Source: Octopus vulgaris (Eukaryota). From it: DNA of 64,000 bases. The notes under the pieces are model-generated. The model did not search any database, was not told where the DNA came from, and saw nothing but the letters and a program-made list of their open reading frames with translations. Position numbers and translations under genes: made by a program. The stretch spans positions 15,190,001 to 15,254,000 of the forward strand of contig OX597836.1 of NCBI GenBank assembly GCA_951406725.2. Reading direction: 5' to 3'. Below, piece after piece: positions 1 to 13,029 of the stretch. Each line of letters starts with the position of its first letter. The first letter of the stretch is position 1.

Positions 1-465
1 AAGAGAGAGTAAAAGAGTAAGCTTCATCTAAGCGAAAAAAAAAACAATGATATTGCTTATGTTCTTCAGTGAATTAATATTTTAGTCTTTTGACTGTGAC
101 CAAGCTGGAGCACTACTTTTGATCCTTTACCATTCAGATAACTATCAAAATGTATGAACAACCTTGTCCAGGCTTGTGCCTTGGAGGGTAACTTTCTAGG
201 TGCGGTCTCATGGTCGAAGGGGATCTTTACCCTTTTATATGTTCAAATCAAGCAGATCCAGCTTATCACACCTACCCTACAATGTCATTCAAAAATAAAC
301 AATTGCATCGTTGAAATCACAACACTACAAGATAATGCACGTTTAATTCTAAACAAGGTGAATAAATAAACATTCCATTTGACAGAGTAATCTGAATGTT
401 GAAGGAATTAATTCTAAAATAACGCTATTTTCAAATTCATGTTTCCCATTTTTTTTCTTGTTTAG

Positions 466-642
466 TCACATGATTTACGTTCAAGTTCAAACCGGTGCAA
501 GTTGACCACAATAAGGCATAGCATGGGAGCTTTGTTCACATCATCCAATGAGAGAAACGAAGGAAAAGTTACAATCATGGAACCAACAGCAAATCTGCAA
601 CGGATCTCTTGTATTTCACCCAATTTTGGAGAAATAGCTGGG
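466..642 (+). CDS. FBXW9: Penultimate coding exon of an F-box/WD40 protein, FBXW9-like (SHDLRSSSNRCKLTTIRHSMGALFTSSNERNEGKVTIMEPTANLQRISCISPNFGEIAG)
   Basis: Polypyrimidine acceptor ttttttcttgtttag ends at 465 and donor gtaagt starts at 643; 177 nt open. The peptide resembles, from memory, the human FBXW9 C-terminal [29 protein letters not shown] segment. Upstream exons lie outside the window. Confidence 0.72.
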
Positions 643-774
643 GTAAGTCCGATTCTTGTCTTTGCAGAGAGAAGTTTAAAGTTGAACATGAGCCTCCCCC
701 TTATGACTGTAAAGATCACGACCTGTTCTCTACCCCATTTAAAAATAATAATAATAATGAAATTATTGTATACA

Positions 775-1105
775 GGCGTAGGAGTGGCTGTGTGGTAAGT
801 AGCTTGTTTACCAACCACATGGTTCCGGGTTCAGTCCCACTGCGTGACACCTTGGGCAAGTGTCTTCTACTATAGCCTCGGGCCGACCAAAGCCCTTGTG
901 AGTGGATTTGGTAGACGGAAACTGAAAGAAGCCCGTCGTATATATATGTATATATATATATATGTGTGTCTGTGTTTGTCCCCCCAACATCACTTGACAA
1001 CCGATGCTGGTGTGTTTACGTCACCGTAACTTAGCGGTTCAGCAAAAGAGACCAATAGAATAAGTACTAGGCTTACAAAGAATAAGTCCCGGGGTCGATT
1101 TGCTG
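775..1105 (+). mobile_element. tRNA-derived SINE family A (other copies about 22868-23275 -, 31295-31616 +, 33155-33572 -, 41130-41527 +, 41860-42260 +)
   Basis: Pol III A/B-box-like head ggagtggctgtgtggtaag..ggttcagtccc, internal (TA)n, many dispersed copies. Confidence 0.85.
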
Positions 1106-1540
1106 TGCTGTTTTCTGACTTTGAAAAGGTGCTCAGAGTTTAAGGGCTCCAACTTGTTTTAGGAAGGGTTCTGCAACAGATATACAGAACATGGCCTCGC
1201 ACCCACTGAGTAGTTGGCATTAGGAAGGGCATCCAGCTGTAGAAACACTGCCAGATCAGACTGGGCCTGGTGCAGCCTCCTGGCTTCCCAGACCCCAGTC
1301 GAACCGTCCAACCCATGCTAGCATGGAAAGCGGACGTTAAACGATGATGATGATGATGCTGATGTAACTTAGCGGTTCAGCAAAATAGACAGAATGGGTA
1401 CTGGGCATTGATTTGTTTGATTGAAAATCCATTGAAGGCAGTGCACCAGCTTGGCCACAACCCAACGAGTTTCTTAATTCTATCTAATCTCTCTATCTCT
1501 TCCTTCTCGATTCTACCTCATCTTTTTTTTTCTTTTTTAG

Positions 1541-1621
1541 TTGGATCATAGCAAAAACACCCTTGCTTATGCTGGAAGTAATTGTTGCGTTGAGATTTGG
1601 AAACCAAAACCACAACTTTAG
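1541..1621 (+). CDS. FBXW9: Terminal coding exon of FBXW9-like gene (LDHSKNTLAYAGSNCCVEIWKPKPQL*)
   Basis: Strong acceptor tctttttttttcttttttag at 1540, in phase 0 with the previous exon. WD-type ending VEIW resembles FBXW9 VVAGSGDLSLEVWRL. TAG at 1619-1621 and AATAAA at 1666-1671. Confidence 0.72.
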   Translation: MDHSKNTLAYAGSNCCVEIWKPKPQL

Positions 1622-1665
1622 CTTTTTTTTTTATTATTATCATTATTATTATTTTTGTCTATGTA

Positions 1666-1671
1666 AATAAA
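1666..1671 (+). promoter_or_regulatory. Candidate polyadenylation signal of FBXW9-like gene
   Basis: AATAAA about 45 nt after the stop, followed by GT/T-rich sequence (gtttgttttgtttt). Confidence 0.45.
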
Positions 1672-2019
1672 TTTAAACATGTTTGTTTTGTTTTCCATAC
1701 TGCTCAACATTATTGCTTTTATTTGGAACTGGATTATAACATTATTGCTTTTATTTGGAACTGGATTACTTGCACACAAGCAAGAAGCAGTAGGTGAAGT
1801 CGTGGTTGGATTTCTATGTAGGAAGAGTCAACCTAAACCTTTTGGGTGGATTTGGCAGATGGAAACTCATAGAGGCATTAAGGTCGAAATCAATATTTCT
1901 CAAACCCCTTTTTAACCTGTGAACCTCCCTTTGATCCTTATTTTACTTGGATGTACCCACCTAGCCATCTGATGTTTAAAAAACCATATTATATTTTTAG
2001 AATTAGATATTTTTAGGAA

Positions 2020-2378
2020 TGGAGCACCATCCAAGCGTGATCGTTGACAGAGCGGCTATCTGGCCTCCGTGCCAGTGGCACGTAAAAGAGATCATTCGAG
2101 CATGATCGTTACCAGCATCGCTTTACTCGCACCTGTGCTGGTGGCATGTGTAAAAGATTTGAGCGAGGTCTTTGCCAGTACCGCCTGACTGGCCCCGTGC
2201 CGGTGGCACATAAAAGCACCCACTACACTCTCGGAGTGGTTGGCGTTAGGATGGGCATCCAGCTGTAGAAACTCTGCCAGATCAAGATTGAAGCCTGGTG
2301 CAGCCATCTGGTTCGTCCGCCCTCAGTCATTCGTCCAACCCATGCTAGAATGGAAAGCGGACGTTAAACGATGATGAT
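2020..2378 (+). mobile_element. Repeat with (GAT)n tail, probably RTE-LINE 3'UTR-derived (copies about 1200-1365, 7720-8200 -, 10943-11403, 15930-16227, 29520-29845, 47880-48100, 59363-59570, 63070-63330)
   Basis: Shared core ggagtggttggcgttaggaagggcatccagctgtagaaac..ccatgctagcatgg..cgttaaacgatgatgat with variable 5' truncation. Confidence 0.75.
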
Positions 2379-4868
2379 TTTTAGGAATTATATATAAAAA
2401 AAATTGTGTACTGTAGAAGTGTAACCAATTTATTGCAGATGAATTTTAACACTAAAATCTTATAAGGGCCCCCAGGGCCATATGGGCCTTGGTTAAGAAC
2501 CATTGCTCTAAGTAAATGAAATAGCTGTGATTCATCACCATTGGTTAACCCATTAACTGCCAAATTATTTTATTCATATTTTTTAGCTTTGCCAGGTGTC
2601 TTAAGAGTTAAAATAATATACAGTAGTTAAATTTTCATCATATGTGAATTATTTTGGAAATTACGATAAATTTTTTGAAAAGTCCCAAATGGGGATTACT
2701 GAAAAAAAGCATATTTATCCTTTTCAATTCAATTGCAATAATAAACATTTTAGTTTTTTTTTTTTTTTTTGAAACTATAGTATCAAATGTGAATGTTTAT
2801 GAAATATCAATGAATGATATAGATGGGAAATGCTAGAAAGAAAAAAAAATGGTTTTCGAAACAGTATTTTTGTAGTTCAAAAATTGCAATTTATGACATA
2901 AAATGTCCTCTAGAATTAGCCAGAGCTAATAATGACAAACTTTAATTACTAAATATTATTATTAAACAGAACTCTGCAAATGCAATGTACATAAGCAATT
3001 CACTTTAAATACAATGAATAATCAGCAGAGAGACTGTTTTCAGCAGATCCCCAAATGGGGATCATGGCAAGCAATGGATTAAAGTCCACCTTCCATGCTG
3101 CTATGAGTTGGAAGGTTTGACAGGAACCAGCCAGGTATGAGCCTGCACGAAACCTCTGTCTGTTTTGGCGCAGATTTTACAGCTTCTATGCCTTCCTAAC
3201 ACCAACTATCCGGCAGAGTGGACAGAGTGCTTTTTACATGGCACAAGCACGGGTGGGGTCAATTTTTTTTGTTTTTTTACAACCAGATGCCCTTCCAATT
3301 GCCAACCACTTTACAGTGTGGACTGACTTGTAAAACAAAGATCCCTTGAGAGGAGAGGGGGCATTGGATGAGATGATCTTGTGTCAGATGATGAAAGGTT
3401 TGAGTGATGCAGAGGCAGGAACAGGTGTCTTGCTGTAGAGGAGGTACATGGTTACTCAGCTGCAAGTTCTACTCAGAGCGTACCTTTAACTAAAGGTCCA
3501 CTCAATAAGAGCATGCTTTTGACTACACTACTCTAAAGCTCCTCTCACTCCACTCAGCACACACTTTCAACACATTACTGCACACCAAAGCTTCACTCAC
3601 TGGAGGATATCTTCAACTCTTACACCAAAATATAAAAAAATAACTAAGAAATACTTAATTCCTTCCTATAAATGTTTTATTCATCAACTTTTATATTTAA
3701 AAGAAAGAAAGAAATATAATCCTCTTGTGATAATGGAGTTTTATTAATACCCAATAAATAGAGCTAAATATCTATATTTATAAAATATACGCTATAAATA
3801 GTTTGTGTGTGTGTGTGTATATATATATGCATACATACACACGCATTTATACACAGTACAGTTTGTGTATGTATGTATATCTATATATCTACACAGACAT
3901 ACACAAACTATAATTTAGTATGTATGGCTATATACATCATACACTTACAGTACAGTTTGTGTGAGTATATATGCACATACATAAATATAGTTTGTATGTA
4001 TATATGTACATACACTTACATTATAGTTTATATAAGTACATATATAAATGCACGATCATACAGTACAATTTGTGCATGAGTGTGTGTGTATACATATGCT
4101 TATTCTGTTATATATACATACATAAGCACACACACACGTGCTTTATTCCAGTCCTCTGCAGAAATAAAAATTAAATATTTCTAGTTGCCATGAGAGAAAG
4201 TTACGAAAGAATCGCCCCAGAAAGTGTGTTCAAAAAACTAGTTGCATTAAAAAGGCAGCTAATATTGGGATAGTAATCCCTGGATTAATCTAGTAGCAGC
4301 TAATCTATTTATGGTTGACCATCTATCTAATGAAGGATTCAAACTTTGACCAGCTTCATAGATAAGGAACTTCAAATCAGAAGAATCTGCTCTATTTGTC
4401 AGCAACCAACCACAATGAAGCCACACAGAACAGCAAGACTATACCTGCACCAACAAGGTATTGTGGATCAAAAATCAGGAGGGGGTCAAGAAAACTTTCG
4501 AAAACCATAAAACTAACAAGTAATTCAAGCATTTGTAGCTTTTTCAAAGTTTCCTAACAAGGGACAAGTGTGTGAGCATAGAGCATAAATTAAATTTTCT
4601 AAGACAAGGCATGGGCAACCTTTTACAAGAAGCAGACCGCATAAGACATGGTTCATAATAAGGCACTACTAAAAATAATTGAAGGTAAGTTTTCACTAAG
4701 CGTGCCATTCAGAAAGTCTGTTGGGCCACAGGTTGCTCTAAGGGGTGGCAGATGGTCAAATACAAATTATAACATTTGCACAACCAGTGACCAGTGAAAG
4801 AAGTAGAATTCCTTCACCCCTGCCTGAGAACTGGGAGAGAGGAAGGAATATCTCAACATGGACCATTG

Positions 4869-4918
<50 letters not shown>

Positions 4919-5770
4919 ATTATTTGAGGGAATATTATTCCTAACTTACAGGGAAAAATTCAATTTAGAAATACTAAATCAAATTTCACAAACTATAATA
5001 TATATATATAAAAATTAGAAAAAAACACCTTTTATCAATTCAAAATGAACGATTAAATTATACCATCTAGAAAATTACTTATAATAGAAATATTAAAATT
5101 AAAATAACGATAATATACCGATGATTAAGTAAATTGCAAAATAATAAGAAAAACGTATATATTTGGAATATATATATAATGATTTTGCTTAGGTATACTA
5201 ATACTAATAACCGGTCATTAGAACTCAATATACATACGTTTCAGAATATAGCTTTAGGCAGAGTACAGAGCATAACATGAATTTATGGAATCACAAGATA
5301 AGAGGAGTTATAAAATCAATTTCATTAGCTTATAGCTGTTTCTGCTATAAAATGATGCATGAGCTTTCTGTTTTCAGTGCACTGCTTCTGATAGCTGAAA
5401 CAGCTGTAAGCTAATGGAGTGTGTAATTCTTCTCTTAATATAACAAACTATGTATATATATGCCTGTAATGATATTCCTCACTACTACTGATCCAAGCCA
5501 GGACAGTAACACTGTGGCTTACACCAGGGGGTAAACAACTGAGGAATAGAAAAGAGAGAGGAATTTAGTAAATGCTGCTTTGAAAGTGTAATGACTTATG
5601 TAATCTGTGATAAGAAAAGAATCCAGATTAAAGTTTTCTTTTCAAGTTCACCCACTAGATCCATTGCAAATCACTGCTTACAATATCTAAAGAACATTTA
5701 GAAAAACAAACTTAAATAAACAAAAAAAAAAAAAAAAAAATCCAGCTAAATAGTTTCCAGAGGCAACATT

Positions 5771-5776
5771 TTTATT
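5771..5776 (-). promoter_or_regulatory. Candidate SDHB polyadenylation signal
   Basis: AATAAA on the minus strand about 100 nt downstream of the stop. Confidence 0.4.
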
Positions 5777-5875
5777 CTAACATAAAAAAAAGAGGAAATG
5801 TAGATGTGATAACATACTTTATATACTGTGGAGAAGTTCGTCTGATTATAATTAAATACTACCAGCTAATTACCA

Positions 5876-5965
5876 TTATGCATGAGCTGCACTAGTTTCA
5901 GCATTCTTTTTATAGAGAGCCAACATCTTTTTAATTTCTCCAATAGCCAACCCGGGGTTCAAATG
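5876..5965 (-). CDS. SDHB: SDHB terminal exon 9 (HLNPGLAIGEIKKMLALYKKNAETSAAHA*)
   Basis: Acceptor ttcttttccag; TAA at 5878-5876. The nine exons sum to 879 nt, i.e. 292 aa plus stop, with all phases consistent. Confidence 0.96.
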   Translation of the reverse strand, partial: HLNPGLAIGEIKKMLALYKKNAETSAAHA

Positions 5966-7277
5966 CTGGAAAAGAATAAAACCAGTTCCATTATGAGTGT
6001 ACAAACATTAGAGACAGGACATGTGGAATTTGTGAAAAACTTAAAACACAAGGTCACACATTAAGGACACGAGATACTGAGTCAGCCTTAGTATAAAGCT
6101 ATTTTTGACTTTGATACAGAACCACAAATTTAGGAACAAGTCGCGGTACAGGGCTTTTACTAACTCTGGCACACAACAACATAGTTGTAGCAAAGGAAGA
6201 ATACAGTCATTGACAAAATCAACCTCTCAGCCCCAGTACATAGCTTGTGATAATTGATACACAGCCACACATTTTGTAGTAAAAATGGAATATAGTCATC
6301 TATTGAATCAGTCTCTCAGCCCTAGTATAGGGCTATTGCTAACATCTGGATTAAGATTCTTCATGTAAATTAGAATGCAGGCAGTGTTTCCTTAAACATT
6401 TAGCATTGTAAAATAAGTAAAATTTAAAAGGTAAAATAAATGAAAAACTGGCTTTAAAAGGAAGCATACCAGCCACTTCATACGGTGGGTGTACTGGGTA
6501 TTTTCGTGTGCCACAAGCACTATTGAGATCCCTCTGCAACTCGCAAGACTATGAATCCAAGGGAGGTGGGGGGGAGCTTTATACGAGGGGATGAGGGGGT
6601 CAAAGTATGACAGAAGGAAAGGGAGCAGAACAAGTTCTTGTAGAAGAGCTGCAGGGTTAGTCACATTTAGTAGGGGAGAGAGAGAGAACGATCAGTTGCT
6701 GCTCCAAAGACACAGGTAGTAAAGATGAGGTATCCAGGTAGACTCCTCAGGATACGAGATGAGTAGAAGAAGTGGAGGGGGCGTTATTCTACACAACTAA
6801 ACCTTACATGATAACTGAAAGAGCAGCAGATAAAAAGCCTTGCAGTGTTTAGTTCAAATCCTACTTAGGTAGGTTCTATTCTTTTCGCTCTTCTTGGGTC
6901 AATCACTTTACTTATCTGTGGCCTTGTGCTAATAATATATTTCTCTACTACCCACAAGGGGCTAAACACAGAGGGGACAAACAAGGACAGACAAATGGAT
7001 TAAGTCAATTATATCAACTCCAGTGCGTAACTGGTACTTAATTTATCGACCCCGAAAGGATGAAAGGCAAAGTCGACCTCGGCGGAATTTGAACTCAGAA
7101 CGTAACGGCAGACGAAATACGGCTACACATTTCACCCGGCGTGCTAACGTTTCTGCCAGCTCGCCACCCATCATTCAAATAGACAAATCATAAATGCTAC
7201 TGCATTTTTAGTCAAAAGGTTTACTTTAACAGAAGACAGAATTATTTAAAAAAACAACAACAAAAAACAAAACTTAC

Positions 7278-7392
7278 TTTTGGACAGGTTTTGGTACAAT
7301 TCATAATAGTGTGACACCTGTAGACGGAGAACTTGTCTTCCATTTTGGATAGCCTTTCAACAGTGAAATCATCTCGGGAATCTATCATCCAA
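7278..7392 (-). CDS. SDHB: SDHB exon 8, [3Fe-4S] motif ([38 protein letters not shown])
   Basis: Acceptor cattacag, donor gtaagt; 115 nt. Carries the [12 protein letters not shown] motif. Confidence 0.98.
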
Positions 7393-8508
7393 CTGTAATG
7401 TAATGAGACGGTTGCAGTTAAACCCTCCGATGTCGTAATTTAACTGTTTAGCATTCAGATTAGTGACACTTATTCATATTGTTTGGAATTAATTATGCAT
7501 TGTCTCATAGCTTCAAGATTTTTGATGATGTGATTGTTTATTTTTTAGAATTAACATTGTAAGGTAGGTGTGAAAGGCCAAATCTGGCTGGTCTGAACAT
7601 AAAACCAGAAGAATATTTGAGCTGGATATGGCTGGATTAAATGCTAAAGGATTAAATTTAGACATTTTAAAACTAAGAGGTTTTGTATTACAGAACCAGA
7701 GCAAGTTTCAAGTGGATTCATCATCATCATCATCGTTTAACGTCTGTTTTCCATGCTAGCATGGGTTGCAGGGTTCGACCGGGGTCTGGGAAGCCAAAAA
7801 AGCTGCACCAGGCTCCAGTCTGATCTGGCAGTGTTTCTACAGCTGGATGCCCTTTCTAACGCCAACCACTCCGAAAGTGTAGTGGGTGCTTTTAAAGTGC
7901 CACCAGCACGAGGTCCAGTCTAGCGGTACCGGCAACAGCCACGCTCAAAAATGGTGTTTTTAACGTGCCATCTGCACAGGAGTCAGTCCAGCAGCACTGG
8001 CAACGACCTCATTCAAATGTTTTGTTCACGTACCGCCTGCACAAGTACCAGTAAGGTGACGCTGGTCACGATCACCCTCAAATGGTGCTTTTGAAAGCCA
8101 GTCAGCTGCTCTGGCAGTGATCCCACTTGGATGGAGCTGTTAGTGCTCCACTGGCATGGGTGCCAATCATCAAATTTGGTTCAATTTCGATTTCACTTGC
8201 TCCAACAGGTCTTTGCAAGCAGAGTTTAGTGTCATTGGCATGGCATAAAAAAGGTTAATTGTGCATAAATATGATGGGGTGCTGAAAAGTCTGTGGTTTT
8301 AAGGGTATAATGAAAAGCGTGGTTGGTGGCCTAACCTTCTGAGGGCCTAGAAAAACTGAAGGGCCACTGCAATAAGTGTGTGAATCTGAAAGGGGGATAT
8401 GTTGAATAAAATCATAATTAATTGATCCTCCTGTATTTTCTTTTACTCAAAGCCAGGAACTTTTCAGCACCCCTTTGTATGCAGAAACATAACAGAAACA
8501 AGTTCCTA

Positions 8509-8676
<168 letters not shown>

Positions 8677-9558
8677 TCAGTTTTATAGAGAAAAAAGGGG
8701 GTACATAGTCTACTGGGTCTACCCTAAAATATTGCTGGCACCTTATTTGTAACAAAGATTTATTCAAGATGAACCATGTGTTGAGGGATCAAAGACCAGT
8801 CATAAGTGGTTGCCACCATAAAGTGGAATGGACACTCAATAAATATTGTTGGTTGGACAAGATCAATAAGTACTAAGGTAGCAAAACTGGGAGACTACCT
8901 TCTGATCCTGCCTGAATGAACTTCCTCCTCTCAGACCTCCCAACCCCATCTTCTTTTCAATCTATTCCTTGAACAACTGCCACCTCTCAAGGACCATTTC
9001 ATCACTGATCACCACTGGAACTATTTGGAATACCACAATTAACCTACTTAGATTACTACCTTCCTAGATCTTACCTTGGATTGCTGTTGGTTTTTATCTT
9101 CAAGTCAAAGTTACACTAACCGCCTTGCGGTGGTTTTAGGTGTTTTCATTCAATAAACACACACAACACCCAGTCTGGGAATCGAAACCGCGATCCTCCG
9201 ACCACGAATCCGCTGCCCTAACCACTGGGCCATTGCGCCTCCACATATGCGCTCTTTTAAAGCCTAGCCAGGCTAATGGGCCCAGTTTCCCGGTTTCAAT
9301 GGCATATGTGTTCCCCAGCTGGACGGGACACCAGTCCATCGCAGCGTTACTCATTTTTGCCAGCTGAGTGGACTGGAGCAACATGAAATGAAGTGTTTTG
9401 CTCAAGGACACAACGCGTCGCCTGGTCCAGGAATCGAAACCACAATCTTACGATCATGATGCTGACACCCTAACCACTAAGCCACGTGCCTCCACGCTTG
9501 GTCTGTAAATAAACTTCAAAGACTTATCAGTTTTTGTTTTAGAATATACAAGCTTTAC

Positions 9559-9681
9559 CAATTTTGCTCTGTCCTCCACAGACTGAAGGTACTGTTCCTT
9601 GCCAACGTCTTCTTCCTTAATATCTTTCTTCTTCAAGTATGGTTCAATAGAAGCATACTGGGCGTAAAAGTTGTTCATATC
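9559..9681 (-). CDS. SDHB: SDHB exon 6 ([41 protein letters not shown])
   Basis: Acceptor ttttctcttcag, donor gtaaag; 123 nt. Visible in ORF 9454..9726. Confidence 0.98.
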
Positions 9682-10570
9682 CTGAAGAGAAAAAAGAGAA
9701 TATCTCAGTAATGACATATAGATCACTGTAGCGAGAGTGAGAATTAAACCTTCCTGGTTGTTATTCTAAAGATACTCATAATAAAAAGACACCATACTTT
9801 CATACCCTTCAATACTACTACATGCCACTTAGTTGAGGAACCTTGTCTTATGGGTGTTTGGTGATCTCAACAGTGCTGGTGCCACAAAGGAAAAAAAGAA
9901 AAAAGGCATTCTATACACTCTGTTGGCATCATGAAGGGCATCCAGCCACGAAAACCATGCCAAAACAGACATAGGAGCTCAGAGCAGCCTTCTGGCTCGT
10001 CAGTTCATGCATAAACCATCTAACCCTTACCAGCATGGAAAAAACGTTAAATGGTGATGATGTTACTTTTTAGGGAGATTCAGTTCTGTGTTTGTAATAA
10101 AAGTAGAAGTAAAAACAAACATTGCTATTCTTCCCTGGGTTTGTTGACTTGCAAGCTACATGGCTACATTGATAGTGCTGGTAAGTTGTCTTGGGGTATA
10201 AGTCAACTGACTTCTGTGTTTTTTTTTTATGTAAATTTTGGTCAGAAAAATTTGATTTGTTATTCTAGAAAATGTGGTATTTGTATAGTTTCACATTAAT
10301 CTTGTAGTTTTGAGATTTCCTTAACCCCTATCAATTCATATGCTAGATAGGGGTTAAGGTATGAGGGAAGAGGAGCTACACGGCTACTCACGTTTAGGAG
10401 AAAGATAGTGATGGTATTTCAATGTTTACATTATATATATACATTGACTTGTATGCTAGAAAATATGGTAAATAAGCATTACATTTCACAGTGTAATCTG
10501 AATGCTTAAGAGTTATATAAACATTTTGTTTTAAACAACAAAAACATTGAATTCAGAAACTGGCACTTAC

Positions 10571-10649
10571 AGGCACAAGGTCCTTAATCACATACATGTG
10601 AGGTAAAGGGTAAATCTTGGTGGGCTTCGATACATTACCATCGATTTTA
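10571..10649 (-). CDS. SDHB: SDHB exon 5 ([26 protein letters not shown])
   Basis: Acceptor ctattttccag, donor gtaagt; 79 nt. [16 protein letters not shown] is the conserved SDHB motif. Confidence 0.98.
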
Positions 10650-10942
10650 CTGGAAAATAGAAAAGTAAAAAAGAAAATTGAGATGTCAAACAGATCTAAA
10701 AAAAACCAAAAAAGGGGAGACTATCTTGACATAGTCAACATTTGAAGGAAAAGAAAACCTTTCATTACCTGTTGCTTGTTTCTATTTAAAAGTTTAATTA
10801 ACATAAACGACAACCAAGACTTTAACCCTTCCACTACTTTTAACCCAAGTGCTCTACCAACTTTGCCAGTCTTCTAATTTTATAATAATGGTATCAAACT
10901 TTGGCTGAAGTCTAGCAAGATTAGGGGAAGAAGTATTTAGGG

Positions 10943-11248
10943 GTGCCAGTGACACATAATAAGGACCCATGCCAGTGACACACAAAAGGTGCCCGTGCCG
11001 GTGACACACAAAAGGTGCCCGTGCCGGTGACACACAAAAGGTGCCCGTGCCGGTGACACACAAAAGGTGCCCATGCCAGTGACACACAAAAGGTGCCCGT
11101 GCCGGTGACAGATAAAAGGTACCTGTGCCGGTGACACGTAAAAGGTACCCGTGCCAGTGACACGTAAAAGGTACCCATTCCGGTGACACGTAAAAGGTAA
11201 CCGTGCCAGTGACACATAAAAGGTACCCATGCAAGTGATACGTAAAAA
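10943..11248 (+). repeat. 26-bp minisatellite, about 11 units (gcccgtgccggtgacacacaaaaggt)
   Basis: Direct tandem units at the 5' end of a (GAT)n-tail element; explains the repetitive ORFs at 10854-11352. Confidence 0.9.
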
Positions 11249-12428
11249 GCACCCACTACACTCTTAGAGTGGTTGGCATTAGGAAAGGCATCCAGCTGTA
11301 GAAACCAAGGCAAAATCAGATGAGCCTGGTACGGCTTACCAGTTTCTGTCAAACCGTCAAACCCATGCCAGAATGGGAAACGGACACTAAATGATGACGA
11401 TGAAGCAAGTCAATTACACTGACACTGGTGTGCTCATTTTATCGATCTTGAAAGGATGAAAGGCTAAGTCAGACATTAGCAGAATTTGAACTCATAATGC
11501 AAAGTGCCAGAAGAAATTCCACTGAGCATTTTGTCCGACGAACTCACAGATCTGCCAGTTCACTGCTTTCCCCACTTTTATAACAAGAGATTGTTTAACC
11601 CTTTTAGCATTTAAAATGGTCATAGCCAGAATAACGATCCAAAATAACCTCTTTAGAAGGGGTTCTCAACCACTTTTTTATCAGTGGTATATGGTGGTTG
11701 TTGTATTGAATATGCTGCCACACTCAAAGCCACCAAATTTCAAGCAGGGGCATAACAAAAGTTTTCCATTAAGATTTGTGGTTAAATTAATGAGTAAGAG
11801 TAATATTTATAATGAATCTGACATTTCTGACAGGTGTGCAGCGCACACCTGGAATATATGCCCTTGTTTTTTTATCTATGGACCCCTTTGATTATTATTT
11901 TATTCTGGTGGACCCCTATAACCATTTGATGATTAGAAAATAGTTTTATAGAAACTAAGGTGGCGAGCTGGCAAGATCGTTAGCACACCGGGTGAAATGC
12001 TTAGTGGTATTTCGTCTGCTGTTACATTCTGAGTTCAAATTCCGCCGAGGTCGACTTTGCCTTTCATCCTTTCGGGGTCGATTAAATAAGTACCAGTTAG
12101 ACACTGGGATCGATATAATCGACTTAATCCATTTGTCTGTCCTTGTTTGTCCCCTCTGTGTTTAGCCCCTTGTGGGTAGTAAAGAAATAGGTATTTCGCC
12201 TGCCGCTACGTTCTGAGTTCAAATTTCGCCGAGGTCAACTTTGCCTTTCATCCTTTCGGGGTCGATTAAATAAGTACCAGTTACGCACTGGGATCGATAT
12301 AATCGACTTAATCTGTTTGTCTGTCCTTGTTTGTCCCCTCTGTGTTTAGCCCCTTGTGAGCAATAAAGAAATATATAAACTAATTTTATAGAAACTTCTT
12401 TTAAAATTCCTATTTTGCTTTCCACACA

Positions 12429-12828
12429 TCTTTATATATAAAAGTGAAGTTGTGTGAGTGTCTGTCTCCTACGATTTAGATTCCTAACTACTCCCACATT
12501 TTGCGGTGCAGTGTAACCAAAAGCGGGTATCTTATAGTCGTGATTCATATCGAGCCCTTCTGGGTATTAGCGCGCGTCTACGATGAGTCTACGATTAAAA
12601 AAAAAATTTACCACCATTTTTTCCCATTTTTAATGCATTTTTTTGCTATTATATAAGGGAAGTAACTCTCTAAAAATGTATTATTAAATCTCAGAACGTA
12701 AAAAGCTACAGTAACACCTCCCCTTTGTGGTTAGCCATATTGAGATGGCTATTATACTTTACATCTCTAAAAATGCTTATATAGTTATTTCCCTTACAAA
12801 CCCGAGCAACGCCGGGCGATACTGCTAG
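12429..12828 (+). mobile_element. Non-autonomous Helitron (about 400 bp) in SDHB intron 4
   Basis: 5' TC, 3' CTAG preceded by the hairpin cccgagcaacgccggg, inserted between A and T, no TSD. Confidence 0.85.
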
Positions 12829-13029
12829 TTAACTTATATAAGCTGAACTGTGTAAAATGTTGGAGAGAAATCCAGCTGTCTCTTATATTAAATACATCTA
12901 AAGCAAAAATTTTCAATGGACCTATAAAATAATACTATGGATCTCCAGTTTACTATTTTGCCTGTGTGGACCCTTAAAATTTTATATGGACCCTAGTTGA
13001 GAACCACTGCTCTCTACAGTCTCCTCCTC

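Noticed and set aside
10854-11352. Repetitive Cys/His-rich ORFs and a CRISPR-like periodic array
   Set aside because: Contiguous 26-bp tandem units with no unique spacers, no cas genes, and a eukaryotic context.
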